39,659 nucleotides of DNA from an uncultured Bacilli bacterium (GTDB lineage Bacteria > Bacillota_I > Bacilli_A > RF39 > UBA660): positions 1 to 39,659 of the forward strand of contig CALVKJ010000004.1 of the NCBI GenBank assembly GCA_944332675.1. The letters run 5' to 3'. A program made the translations under genes and the position numbers. Positions 30,137 through 39,350 of this stretch are shown here, in pieces (the stretch's first letter is position 1; each line of letters starts with the position of its first letter). Under the pieces are notes generated by a model that saw only the letters and a list, made by a program, of their open reading frames with translations, made no database searches and was not told the origin of the DNA.

Positions 30137-30781
30137 CTAATCCCTACTACGACCAAATAATGATAACAAATGAATAAATAAATTAATAAAATCTAAATAT
30201 AAATCAAGTGCTCCATAAATAGCTAAGTTTTCTTTTGGTAATCCGCTATTTTCTAACATTTTAATCTTTTGGACATCATATGCCGTAATACCTATGAATA
30301 CTAAGACACATATTATAGAAACGATCATTGATACCATTGAATTATTTAAGAATATATTAATTAACGCAACAACTAAAACTGCAATTAAACCAAAGAACAA
30401 ATAAGTTCCTAGTTTTGTAAGGTCAACGTTAGTTGTATAACCAATTAAAGCCATAACAGCAAAGATAACTGCTGCAACTAAGAATATCAACATTATTGAG
30501 TCTATTGCATAATAAACAAATATTGATGCAAAAGTAAGGCCACTTACAAATGAATAAAGTAAGAAACATACCTTTGCTGTTGCAGGTTTCATTTTCATTA
30601 CCCTTGCAGATAATACTATAACTAGTACTAACTCAACTATAACAAAAATCCAATATCCCATTCCTCCATAAATATTTTCTAACATTACTTCATTATTAGC
30701 AACAAAATAACCAGTTAGAAATGTAATAAGTAAGCCAAAACACATCCATAAAAATGTTTTACTTATCAAATTATCCTTCAT
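30137..30781 (-). CDS. Bax inhibitor-1/YccA family membrane protein
   Basis: 7 TM, AYDVQKIK, ALDLYLDFINLF. Confidence 0.92.
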   Translation of the reverse strand: MKDNLISKTFLWMCFGLLITFLTGYFVANNEVMLENIYGGMGYWIFVIVELVLVIVLSARVMKMKPATAKVCFLLYSFVSGLTFASIFVYYAIDSIMLIFLVAAVIFAVMALIGYTTNVDLTKLGTYLFFGLIAVLVVALINIFLNNSMVSMIVSIICVLVFIGITAYDVQKIKMLENSGLPKENLAIYGALDLYLDFINLFIHLLSLFGRSRD

Positions 30782-30800
30782 CTAATCCTCCTTTTATAAT

Positions 30801-31901
30801 TTATACATTAAAGCGGAAATAACATATATCTCCATCTTTAATTATATACTCTTTTCCTTCAATTCGCAACTTTCCCGCTTCTTTGACGTTTTTTTCACTA
30901 CCTAGTTCTTTTAAATCATCAAAACTCATTACCTCAGCTTTGATAAATCCGCGCATCATATCACTATGAATTATTCCGGCACATTCTGGAGCTTTCATAC
31001 CTTGCTTAAATGTCCAAGCACGAACTTCATCAGAACCAGCTGTAAAAAATGTTGCTAGTCCCAATAAATTATATGTTGCAAATATTAATTTATCCAAACC
31101 ACTATTAGTTATACCAACACTTGCCAAAAATTCATCTCGTTCTTCATTTTCAAGTCCCGCTAAATCAGCTTCCAACTTAGCGCACATTACAATTACACCA
31201 GCGCCTTCAGCTTCCGCATAATTTTTAAGCTTCAAAGAATATTCATTATCTCCAACAACTATTGCTTCTTCATCAACATTTGCTACATATATTATTGGTT
31301 TTATTGTAAGTAAATTAAAGTTTTTTAAAATACTTAGAGAATCTTCATCAAAAGACAATCTTCGTAAAGGAATATTATTTTCCAAATTAGTTTTACATTT
31401 TTTCAATACTTCTACTTCAGCTTGCATCGCTTTATCTTTAGTAGCTTCAGCCTTTTTTTCAATTTTACCTAATCTATTATTTACTACATCTAAATCCGCA
31501 AGTACTAATTCTATATTAATAATTTCTATATCACTTACAGGATCTGTCTTACCGGTAACGTGTGTTATGTTAGCATCATCAAAACATCTAACAACTTCCA
31601 CTATTGCATCAACTTCTCTTATATGTGATAAAAATTTATTACCTAACCCCTCACCAGTTGATGCTCCTTTTACTAATCCTGCAATATCCGTAAACTCAAA
31701 TGTTGTAGGAACTATACTTTTAGGTTTATATAATTCTGCTAGATAGTCCACTCTCGTATCTGGTACAAATACCACTCCGACATTTGGTTCAATGGTTGCA
31801 AAAGGATAATTCGCCGCCAGAATATTTTGTTTAGTTATCGCATTAAAAAGGGTTGATTTACCAACATTGGGTAACCCCACTATCCCTGCTTTTAAACTCA
31901 T
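30801..31901 (-). CDS. ychF: Ribosome-binding ATPase YchF
   Basis: GLPNVGKST, ANYPFATIEPN, DIAGLV, TGS domain ending FRFNV. Confidence 0.97.
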   Translation of the reverse strand: MSLKAGIVGLPNVGKSTLFNAITKQNILAANYPFATIEPNVGVVFVPDTRVDYLAELYKPKSIVPTTFEFTDIAGLVKGASTGEGLGNKFLSHIREVDAIVEVVRCFDDANITHVTGKTDPVSDIEIINIELVLADLDVVNNRLGKIEKKAEATKDKAMQAEVEVLKKCKTNLENNIPLRRLSFDEDSLSILKNFNLLTIKPIIYVANVDEEAIVVGDNEYSLKLKNYAEAEGAGVIVMCAKLEADLAGLENEERDEFLASVGITNSGLDKLIFATYNLLGLATFFTAGSDEVRAWTFKQGMKAPECAGIIHSDMMRGFIKAEVMSFDDLKELGSEKNVKEAGKLRIEGKEYIIKDGDICYFRFNV

Positions 31902-31916
31902 TTTAATCCCCCATTT

Positions 31917-33458
31917 CTATAAAGCAACACTAGATCCTACTCCTAAAGGAATACCAGTTATATACCAAACAATTATTATTACTAAGAAAACTGCAAGACT
32001 AATAACTGCAAAAGGCATTTGATATTTTACTGCTTCTAACATTGTTACAGGTTTATTACTTTGATTATAATTTTCCATAAATGCTAAATAAACAATAAAG
32101 TATACAAACACTGGTGTAAGTCCAATTGCAACGGATCCCCCTAAACGATAAACTAATTGCGCAAATTCTGGACTAATGCCAGCTTCCATTAAAGTAGGAA
32201 CTGTTGCTGATAATATCGACCAACTATTTATAGCATTAGGTAAGAACAGTGATGAAATAACTGTAGCAATAAACAATAGTATTAAAAGTGGCAATCCTCC
32301 AAAATTAGAGTTAATTATCAAATTAGCAAACGCTGCAGTAATAACATTACCAATATTAGATTCTTTAAAGATATTAATAAATATCGAAACAGCAAATATC
32401 ATTACAAGTATTTTACCAATACCATTTAATGAATGCCCTAAAGCATCAATAAATTCTTTATTATTATTTATTGTTTTAGCACCAATTCCATAAGCTAGCC
32501 CTAATATAACAAATAACACAGCTACAACAAAGACAAAACCATTACTAAAAAATGAATCATAACTAAATAACTTATCAATATATAAAGTTTGACTATAATC
32601 TAGTAAATTACCTGAAAAAGGAAGTCCAGGAATAATATTATAAATAAATATTAACAAATATATAAGTCCTGCTCCTAAAGAAAATATTAATCCCCGCATT
32701 TTTTTCTTAGTTAAAACTAATTCTTCTTCGACATCTTCTTCTGGGAAATCATACTTAGGTACTTTTTTAGCAATATAATTTTCACTAATATTAGTAATAA
32801 CTACACTCATTACAATTATTAAAACTAACATAACAAGAAGATAACTAAATTGACCAATTGCGTAATCTCCAACTATTATGTGAGCATTAGTTAAAGTCAA
32901 TGTAATTAAACTAGAATCGACACTAGTTATAAAAAAACTTATTCCACTACCACAAGTTAATGCTGCAAAAGATGTAATAATACCTATTATTGGACTTCGC
33001 TTTCCATAAAGAAACAACAAAGCACTAAGAGGAATCAATACCACATAAGGTAGATCCCCAACTATACTAGCAATTATGCAAATAAGAACCAACACAAAGG
33101 TAACAGTTGTTTTCTTAGCTTTTTTCGTAAGCAGGATTATAAGTGTTTTTAAAAATCCACTTTTAACCATTATCCCAATACCAATAAGAATAATAATTAA
33201 ATTTGATAAAACCGCTAAATTAGCAAAATTAGCAACAGTAGATGTAAATATATATTTTAAACCACTTAAACTAAATAGGGATTTAACAGCTTCTGTAGTT
33301 ACTTCATAATCTCCAGTAATACTTGACACTTTACTATAAGTTGCTTGTACATCAAAAAAACTTAATATTCCACTTAAAATAATTACTACAAAACAAAGTA
33401 TTAGTAGCATCATCACCGGATGTAAACCAATTCTTTCCTTAACTCGAAGTTTTTTCAT
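31917..33458 (-). CDS. AbgT-family transporter
   Basis: LHPV N-terminus, VKSLFSLSG, YVVLIPL, ISPEFAQLVYRLG, GIPLG. Confidence 0.8.
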   Translation of the reverse strand: MKKLRVKERIGLHPVMMLLILCFVVIILSGILSFFDVQATYSKVSSITGDYEVTTEAVKSLFSLSGLKYIFTSTVANFANLAVLSNLIIILIGIGIMVKSGFLKTLIILLTKKAKKTTVTFVLVLICIIASIVGDLPYVVLIPLSALLFLYGKRSPIIGIITSFAALTCGSGISFFITSVDSSLITLTLTNAHIIVGDYAIGQFSYLLVMLVLIIVMSVVITNISENYIAKKVPKYDFPEEDVEEELVLTKKKMRGLIFSLGAGLIYLLIFIYNIIPGLPFSGNLLDYSQTLYIDKLFSYDSFFSNGFVFVVAVLFVILGLAYGIGAKTINNNKEFIDALGHSLNGIGKILVMIFAVSIFINIFKESNIGNVITAAFANLIINSNFGGLPLLILLFIATVISSLFLPNAINSWSILSATVPTLMEAGISPEFAQLVYRLGGSVAIGLTPVFVYFIVYLAFMENYNQSNKPVTMLEAVKYQMPFAVISLAVFLVIIIVWYITGIPLGVGSSVAL

Positions 33459-33645
33459 TTTTTATCACCTTTTTAAGTTTACGCATAAACTCTAAGCGGT
33501 CCATCATTATTTCTCGACCACAATTGTTACATTTAATTTTTATATCGGCACCATTCCTAGTAATTGTCCACAAATTTGTGCCACATGCATGAGGCTTTTT
33601 CATAATAACCTCATCTGCCAAATTAAACTCAACATTATTATTCAT
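33439..33645 (-). CDS. DUF951 family protein
   Basis: MKKPHACG...W...GADIKIKCNNCGR. Confidence 0.92.
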   Translation of the reverse strand: MNNNVEFNLADEVIMKKPHACGTNLWTITRNGADIKIKCNNCGREIMMDRLEFMRKLKKVIKNEKTSS

Positions 33646-34523
33646 TATTCATCCTCGATATCTATATGCATTTTTGCTAAAATATCTTCTAGTTCATTAA
33701 CCCCATCAAAATATACTTCTATTTTATTCTTATGTACTCTTACCTTAGTATTGAGCGCATCCATAATTATATTTTCAAACATTCTATATTTCGTATCATA
33801 ATTACTTTTACTTTTAACTTTAGTTACTTGTTTTTCTTCCTGACTTAGTTTTTCTAAATCATGAACACTCAAATTATCAGTTATTACTTTTTTAGCTAAT
33901 AGAATTGCTTTATTTTCATCATCTATTTTACTTATAACTCTAGCGTGCGACATAGACAAATTTTTCTTTTCCACTAATTTTTTAACTTCATCAGGTAATT
34001 TAAGTAACCCTAAAATATTGGTAACATAAGTTCTACTCTTACCAAATTTATTTGCAAACTCTTCTTGCGTATATCCCCTTAATTTAATTATATTACTAAT
34101 AGATGTTGCTTCATCTATTGGATTTAAATCTTCTCTTTGAATATTTTCTACCAAAGCAATTTCCATCATTTCTTGATCATCAAAGTCTTTAATTATTGCT
34201 GGTATCTTTTTTAGTCCTGCTATTTTAGCAGCCTTAGTTCTTCGCTCCCCTGCAACAAGTTCATATCCTTTGATACTTTTCTTAACAATAATGGGTTGCA
34301 CTACACCATATTCTTTAATAGATTTTGCAAGTTCATTTAAAGATTCAATATCAAAAGTTTTCCTAGGTTGATACGGATTACTTCTAATATCATCAATATT
34401 AATCTCCGTTACATTTTTTTCATTTTCTTCAACAATATCTTTTTCAAAATTATCAAAATCAATTACTGTATTTGAAAATAATTGTTCAAGTCCTTTCCCT
34501 AAAGCTTTCTTCTTAGTTTCCAT
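33645..34523 (-). CDS. parB: Chromosome partitioning protein ParB/Spo0J
   Basis: LGKGL, NPYQPR, AGERR, ENIQREDL, HTH. Confidence 0.96.
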   Translation of the reverse strand: METKKKALGKGLEQLFSNTVIDFDNFEKDIVEENEKNVTEINIDDIRSNPYQPRKTFDIESLNELAKSIKEYGVVQPIIVKKSIKGYELVAGERRTKAAKIAGLKKIPAIIKDFDDQEMMEIALVENIQREDLNPIDEATSISNIIKLRGYTQEEFANKFGKSRTYVTNILGLLKLPDEVKKLVEKKNLSMSHARVISKIDDENKAILLAKKVITDNLSVHDLEKLSQEEKQVTKVKSKSNYDTKYRMFENIIMDALNTKVRVHKNKIEVYFDGVNELEDILAKMHIDIEDE

Positions 34524-35298
34524 CGCGACTTATCACTTCCTTTGCCAAGTTATGATATGCTTCAGTTGCTCTACTTGTAGGATCATATTCATTGATTGGT
34601 TTTCCATGTGATGGTGCTTCAACTAATCTAACAAGTCTTGGAATAATTGTATTAAATACTTTATCTTTAAAGTATTTTCTTATTTCTTCAATTACTTCAA
34701 GTCCTATATTAGTTCTACCATCAAGCATTGTTAAAAGTACACCTTCAATTCTTAAATCTGGATTCATACTAGATTGAACCATAATTATTGAATTTAAGAG
34801 TTGCGTAATTCCTTCAAGAGCAAAAAATTCACATTGCACCGGAATAATTACACTATCACTTGCCACCAAAGCATTCATTGTTCCTAAACCTAGTGATGGT
34901 TGACAATCAATTATTATATAATCATAATTATCTCTAATTTCATCTAACTTTAACTTAAGTTGCATATTTTGTTGAAAAGTTTTATCTTCAAGCATCATTT
35001 TAACAAATTCAACATCAACACCAGCAAGATTAATTGTTGCAGGTATAATGCTTAAATTATGAAACTTAGTCTTCTTAATAGCTTTTTTAACTTCACATTT
35101 GCCTGTTATTAGTTCATAAATATCATTCTTAAAATCATTAGAGTTTAACCCAAGTCCAGTTGTAGCATTACTTTGGGGATCCATATCAATAAGTAACACA
35201 CGTTTCCCAAGTTGCCCTAATGCTGCCGATAAATTTATACTAGTAGTTGTTTTACCAACTCCTCCTTTTTGATTAACAAGTGATATTATTTTTGCCAT
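34513..35298 (-). CDS. parA: Chromosome partitioning ATPase ParA/Soj
   Basis: NQKGGVGKTT, DMDPQ, EAPSHG. Confidence 0.96.
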   Translation of the reverse strand: MAKIISLVNQKGGVGKTTTSINLSAALGQLGKRVLLIDMDPQSNATTGLGLNSNDFKNDIYELITGKCEVKKAIKKTKFHNLSIIPATINLAGVDVEFVKMMLEDKTFQQNMQLKLKLDEIRDNYDYIIIDCQPSLGLGTMNALVASDSVIIPVQCEFFALEGITQLLNSIIMVQSSMNPDLRIEGVLLTMLDGRTNIGLEVIEEIRKYFKDKVFNTIIPRLVRLVEAPSHGKPINEYDPTSRATEAYHNLAKEVISRDGN

Positions 35299-35388
35299 AC
35301 TACACCTCTATAACTTTTGTACTCTTCTATTTTATCATACATTCACTTCATTTTGAAATGTTTTTAAGAATTATTTTTAAATTAAAAG

Positions 35389-35411
35389 AAAAAAGCCTTA
35401 GAAATAAGGCT
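35389..35411 (-). terminator. Intrinsic terminator downstream of the 35521..36150 gene
   Basis: AGCCTTA-TTTC-TAAGGCT plus U-tract. Confidence 0.75.
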
Positions 35412-35520
35412 AATAAATATTGTTTACAAATAAATTATGATAATTTGCTTTCATCATTAATTATATAAACATTTTTTACACGGTCACACTTTTTCAAAAA
35501 AGTTATAAAACAAAATTTAT

Positions 35521-36150
35521 TTAACACATAACAGAATTGGCAGTAAAATAAGAATTAAAAACATCAGATTTGTTACCCAAAGTATCAACTACATACAATG
35601 AATAGTTTATTCTTTCTCCTCTTGAAGCACAAATTACTACACTTGGATTATAATCATTTAGTCCCACCTTAGTATAGCTACTTTCTCCATTGATAGATAA
35701 GTAGTACTCAGCTATACTTGTTTCCACATTCAATGATACACTAGATATTGTTACATAGCCATCCCCATTATTACCTACATCTGCATCAATTATTTGCAAA
35801 TTAAGATTTTTATCAAAATACACATAACACTTATCAGATACATTGGCTTGCATAATTACCCCATTTGTTTCACTATTCCAAGTTAAAATACTTCCATTTT
35901 CACATCTCGACAAAGTTTCATTGAAGATATAACCATCCTGTGGCCACGTGGTATCACTAGATACTTGATATTCTCCACTTTGATAACCTGTTTCATACAT
36001 CATTGTAAGTGCATTAGTATTTAAAATGTTTTTATTGTTTTCTTCACTACTTATAATAAGCTTTTCATTATTATCGCTTATAAATACATATAAACAAGTT
36101 GTTAAAACTAATAAAATACTTATACTAATAATTAAATATTTCTTTTTCAT
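35521..36150 (-). CDS. Membrane-anchored surface protein: TM, conserved 71-aa module, C-terminal Ig/FN3-like beta domain
   Basis: Module shared with 4708..5832; IAEYYLSING...YSLYVVDTLGNKS pattern typical of small beta-sandwich domains. Confidence 0.75.
   Translation of the reverse strand: MKKKYLIISISILLVLTTCLYVFISDNNEKLIISSEENNKNILNTNALTMMYETGYQSGEYQVSSDTTWPQDGYIFNETLSRCENGSILTWNSETNGVIMQANVSDKCYVYFDKNLNLQIIDADVGNNGDGYVTISSVSLNVETSIAEYYLSINGESSYTKVGLNDYNPSVVICASRGERINYSLYVVDTLGNKSDVFNSYFTANSVMC
35809..36021 (-). repeat. Copy 2 of the 213-bp coding module
   Basis: Aligns without gaps to 5500..5712. Confidence 0.95.
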
Positions 36151-36299
36151 ATTCACCAATCCTTTAGACTATTCTACCAAATTTAACCACACTATCTTTG
36201 TCGAATCTTGTCTACTATTAATATAATATCACAAATGACGCTATTAGGCTATATTAAATTGAATAATTGTTAAGCAAAATATGAGTTAGGTGATACATT

Positions 36300-36646
36300 T
36301 TGATAAAAGAAACACTTTATTTTCACGATGATGAATACTATTATGAAATAGTAAGAACAAATATTAAAAATATCGATTAGAAAACAAATTAACTCAACAA
36401 AATCTAGCAGATCTTTCTGGTGTATCTCGTAAATATATTTGTGATATAGAAAACAAAAATAGAAACAAACACATAACAATAGCTATTCTTGGCAGGATAG
36501 CTGATGCCCTAAATCTAAACATAGTTAAATTTTTTATAAAAGAAGATGAATTAAGAGTTGAAATTAAAAATGTAATAGAAACATTTAATAAAAATAAAGA
36601 AAAAGAAGTAGTAAATATAGAACAAAAGTCAAGCAAGTTTGACTGA
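36300..36646 (+). pseudogene. XRE-family HTH regulator with a frameshift at A5 (36366-36370); missed by the ORF track
   Basis: AGGTG RBS, TTG start MIKETLYFHDDEYYYEIVRTNIK, then in the shifted frame YRLENKLTQQNLADLSGVSRKYICDIEN...LGRIADALNLNIVKFF. Confidence 0.8.
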
Positions 36647-36761
36647 CCTTGCATCACTACAAGGCATTTCTACTTCATAGGACTCTTTGAGTCCTCCATA
36701 GACCAACTTCGGATGGTCGCCACCCTACTAAATTTTTGTTTACTTTGTTCACTTATTTATA
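36623..36761 (-). ncRNA. TnpB omega/reRNA: scaffold ending ...GGTCAGTCAA (36639) plus ~16-nt guide ACTTGCTTGACTTTTG
   Basis: GC-rich structured tract after the tnpB stop: GACCA/TGGTC, AGGACTC/GAGTCCT and CCTTGTA/TGCAAGG stems, terminal TCAA. Confidence 0.7.
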
Positions 36762-37910
36762 TTATAAACTATTCACATACATTTTTAAACCCTCAAACAT
36801 TATATTTACACTAGCATTTATATCTCGATCCTGTAACGCACCACATTTTGGGCATTCCCAACTTCTTATACTTAAATCCTTTACTTCCTTATTTTGATAT
36901 TCACATACTGAACACACTTGACTACTTGGATAAAATCTATTTATGATAAGTAGTCTTTTATTTTGCCATTTGCATTTATATTCCAAAACTCGTTTTATTT
37001 CTGCAAGTGGAATGTTGCTTAAGGATTTTGCTATAGAGTGAAGTTGATACATACCTTTAATATTTAAATCTTCCATAACAATAATGTTATTTTCTTTAAC
37101 TATTTTGTTTGTTACATTGTGTATTAAATGCTTACGAATATTCTTAAGTTTCATATATGCTCTTTGTAATTTTAATTTCACTTTATATCTATTTTTACTT
37201 CCTGATTTACATCTAGCAAGCCACCTTTGTAATCCTTTTATTCTTTTCTTTACTTCTAATGAAGATAAACTGTTTTCGCATTTGTAATTATAGCTCGTTA
37301 TTATTATATCTTTTATTCCTAAATCTAGTCCTACAATACTTCTTGGAACAAATTCGGGTAATATTAGTGGTTCTTCCACTAACACACTTACATAATATTT
37401 ATTTGCTACTCTTCTTATTACTGCACTTTTTATATTACCTATAAAATTTGTCTTATTTCTATATCCTCGAAATCTTACTTCTTTTAGTTTTGGTAATGTA
37501 ATTATTTTATTTTGAAAATCTACTTTTATACTTTCATAATTTTTATCTTTATAGGTACTTTTTATATTATTTGTTTTATAACTATTTCCTATATCTTTGT
37601 TTTTAAATCTTGGAAATTCATTTTGTTTATTAAAGAATCTTTTATAAGCATCTTCTAAATTAAATAGCGACGTTCTTAAACTACAACTATCCACTTCACT
37701 TAACCAAGAATACTCTTTACATAAAGCTGGTAGTTCTTTTATTTGGTCATAACAAGACTTAGATTTACTACTTGTTTTATAATCTTTTATTTTCTCATCT
37801 AAAAAATGATTATAGATAAATCTAGTACATCCAATAGTTTTGTTAATTAATTCTTTTTGCTTATCTGTTGGATATAATCTTAAAACATATCCTTTTAATA
37901 TTTTCTGCAT
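36762..37910 (-). CDS. tnpB: RNA-guided endonuclease TnpB
   Basis: LRLYPT...GCTRFIYN, RuvC triad GLDLG / MEDL / RDINA, zinc finger CSVC...CPKC. Confidence 0.95.
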   Translation of the reverse strand: MQKILKGYVLRLYPTDKQKELINKTIGCTRFIYNHFLDEKIKDYKTSSKSKSCYDQIKELPALCKEYSWLSEVDSCSLRTSLFNLEDAYKRFFNKQNEFPRFKNKDIGNSYKTNNIKSTYKDKNYESIKVDFQNKIITLPKLKEVRFRGYRNKTNFIGNIKSAVIRRVANKYYVSVLVEEPLILPEFVPRSIVGLDLGIKDIIITSYNYKCENSLSSLEVKKRIKGLQRWLARCKSGSKNRYKVKLKLQRAYMKLKNIRKHLIHNVTNKIVKENNIIVMEDLNIKGMYQLHSIAKSLSNIPLAEIKRVLEYKCKWQNKRLLIINRFYPSSQVCSVCEYQNKEVKDLSIRSWECPKCGALQDRDINASVNIMFEGLKMYVNSL

Positions 37911-37934
37911 AATGTCCCCCTGAATGATAAATTA

Positions 37935-37963
37935 ATTATATCAAACAAATGTATGTGCGTCAA
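37935..37963 (-). promoter_or_regulatory. sigmaA promoter of tnpB
   Basis: TTGACG-17 bp-TATAAT with extended -10 TG. Confidence 0.8.
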
Positions 37964-37999
37964 GTAAATTTTGCAAAAAATATGACTTTCCTATTATAT

Positions 38000-38030
38000 A
38001 AAAAACAAGAAACTATCAAGAATCTTGTTA
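38000..38030 (-). terminator. Intrinsic terminator after the AAA ATPase gene
   Basis: AACAAGA...TCTTGTT stem plus U-tract. Confidence 0.65.
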
Positions 38031-39224
38031 TTATTTATTTAACAACCAATCTATTATATTTTTATGGATTATGCCATTTTGGGAATAATCTAATTTATCA
38101 GTAGAAATTACATATTTAGGATAATTATCATTAATATTATCAAATGCACTAAATTCTCTTTGTTCTGTATTTTCGTCCGCTAAAGTATAGGTAACTTGAT
38201 AATATTCTTTAATATTATGTTTAGTAGCTATAAAGTCTATTTCTCTTCCGTCATTATTACCAATGCTTACTTCATATCCACGATATATTAATTCATTATA
38301 AACGATATTCTCTAAGTAAGCTCCATATTGAGCTTTTTTATTTGTATTAAGTATTTGTCCTAATCCCAAATCCGTTAAATAATATTTATCTTTTCTAGAT
38401 AGCATCTTCTTTCCTCTTATATCATATGCTGAAATTCTTTCCATTAACATTGCTGATGTAGCATAATCTAAACACTCATAAATTGTTTTTGAAGATATTG
38501 GAATATTTTCTTTAGAAAATTCATTCATCATATTTGCTGGAGAAAAAGATTGACTAGGAGTAGTTACTAAATATTCCATAACTCTTTCAAATAAATCTAT
38601 ATTTTTTATATTATTTCTTTTTACAATATCTTTTAAAACAATAGAATTAAATACATCTCGCAGATATGATATCATAGCATCTTGACTTACAAAATCAAAT
38701 CTCTGAGGTAATCCCCCCCATAAGATATAATCGTTAAAAGCATCTTCGATATCGCGAATATCTGTTATGTTTTTCAAATCTATAACTTCTTTAAAAGAAA
38801 AAGGTAGTACTTTAAATGATACGTAACGACCTGATAGTAATGTTGCAAGTTCTCCTGACAAAAGTTTAGAATTAGATCCTGTAATAAAAATAGAAACATT
38901 TAAATTTGCTTTAAAAGAATTGATTGCTTTTTCCCAATCTTCAAGCATTTGTATTTCATCAAAAAATAAATAATATTTTTTATCATCAACTATTCTTTTA
39001 TTTACATAATCATTTAAATCCAAATAGTTTTTTATATATGAATAAGTCACATCTTCAAAATTAATATATATAATATGATCATCATCAACATTAGTTTTAA
39101 TTTCATCTATTATTTGTTTTAATAAAACTGATTTACCACATCTTCTAATACCTATTAATACTTTAATAATATCCAAATTGTAAAACTCTCTTATTTTCGA
39201 TAAATAGTCTTCTCTTATTAGCAT
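38031..39224 (-). CDS. AAA_14 ATPase with DUF4143 / PD-(D/E)xK-like C-terminus
   Basis: GIRRCGKS, FFDEIQ, ITGSNS, LSGR, YLTDLG, LENIV, EIDF...YYQV. Confidence 0.9.
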   Translation of the reverse strand: MLIREDYLSKIREFYNLDIIKVLIGIRRCGKSVLLKQIIDEIKTNVDDDHIIYINFEDVTYSYIKNYLDLNDYVNKRIVDDKKYYLFFDEIQMLEDWEKAINSFKANLNVSIFITGSNSKLLSGELATLLSGRYVSFKVLPFSFKEVIDLKNITDIRDIEDAFNDYILWGGLPQRFDFVSQDAMISYLRDVFNSIVLKDIVKRNNIKNIDLFERVMEYLVTTPSQSFSPANMMNEFSKENIPISSKTIYECLDYATSAMLMERISAYDIRGKKMLSRKDKYYLTDLGLGQILNTNKKAQYGAYLENIVYNELIYRGYEVSIGNNDGREIDFIATKHNIKEYYQVTYTLADENTEQREFSAFDNINDNYPKYVISTDKLDYSQNGIIHKNIIDWLLNK

Positions 39225-39265
39225 TTATATCACCAATAACATAATATCACAAGTATTACTTATTT

Positions 39266-39332
39266 GCCAATATATTTTCCCGCAGGAAAATATATTGGCT
39301 TTTTTAGTTTTATATTTTCCCAAAAGAAAATA
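39266..39332. repeat. Perfect 15-bp inverted repeat plus a degenerate second copy upstream of the AAA ATPase gene
   Basis: GCCAATATATTTTCC-CGCA-GGAAAATATATTGGC (39266-39299) and TATATTTTCC-CAAA-AGAAAATA (39311-39332). Confidence 0.85.
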
Positions 39333-39350
39333 AGAGATAAACATCTCTTA
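39331..39350 (-). terminator. Probable terminator of the small CxxC gene
   Basis: TAAGAGAT-GTTT-ATCTCTTA followed by TTTTCTTTT. Confidence 0.55.

Larger units (their letters stand above)
36639..37963 (-). mobile_element. IS200/IS605-family tnpB-only (IS1341-like) element; left end not defined
   Basis: tnpB plus right-end hairpin and TCAA; no tnpA in the window. Confidence 0.65.

Noticed and set aside
36762-37910. Nuclease-dead TldR or a Cas12f CRISPR system
   Set aside because: All three RuvC acidic residues are present, and no CRISPR array or cas genes are nearby.
36774-37957. 11-bp inverted repeat (CACATACATTT) at both ends of tnpB as terminal inverted repeats
   Set aside because: One copy is inside the coding sequence, IS200/IS605 elements lack TIRs, and chance is plausible.
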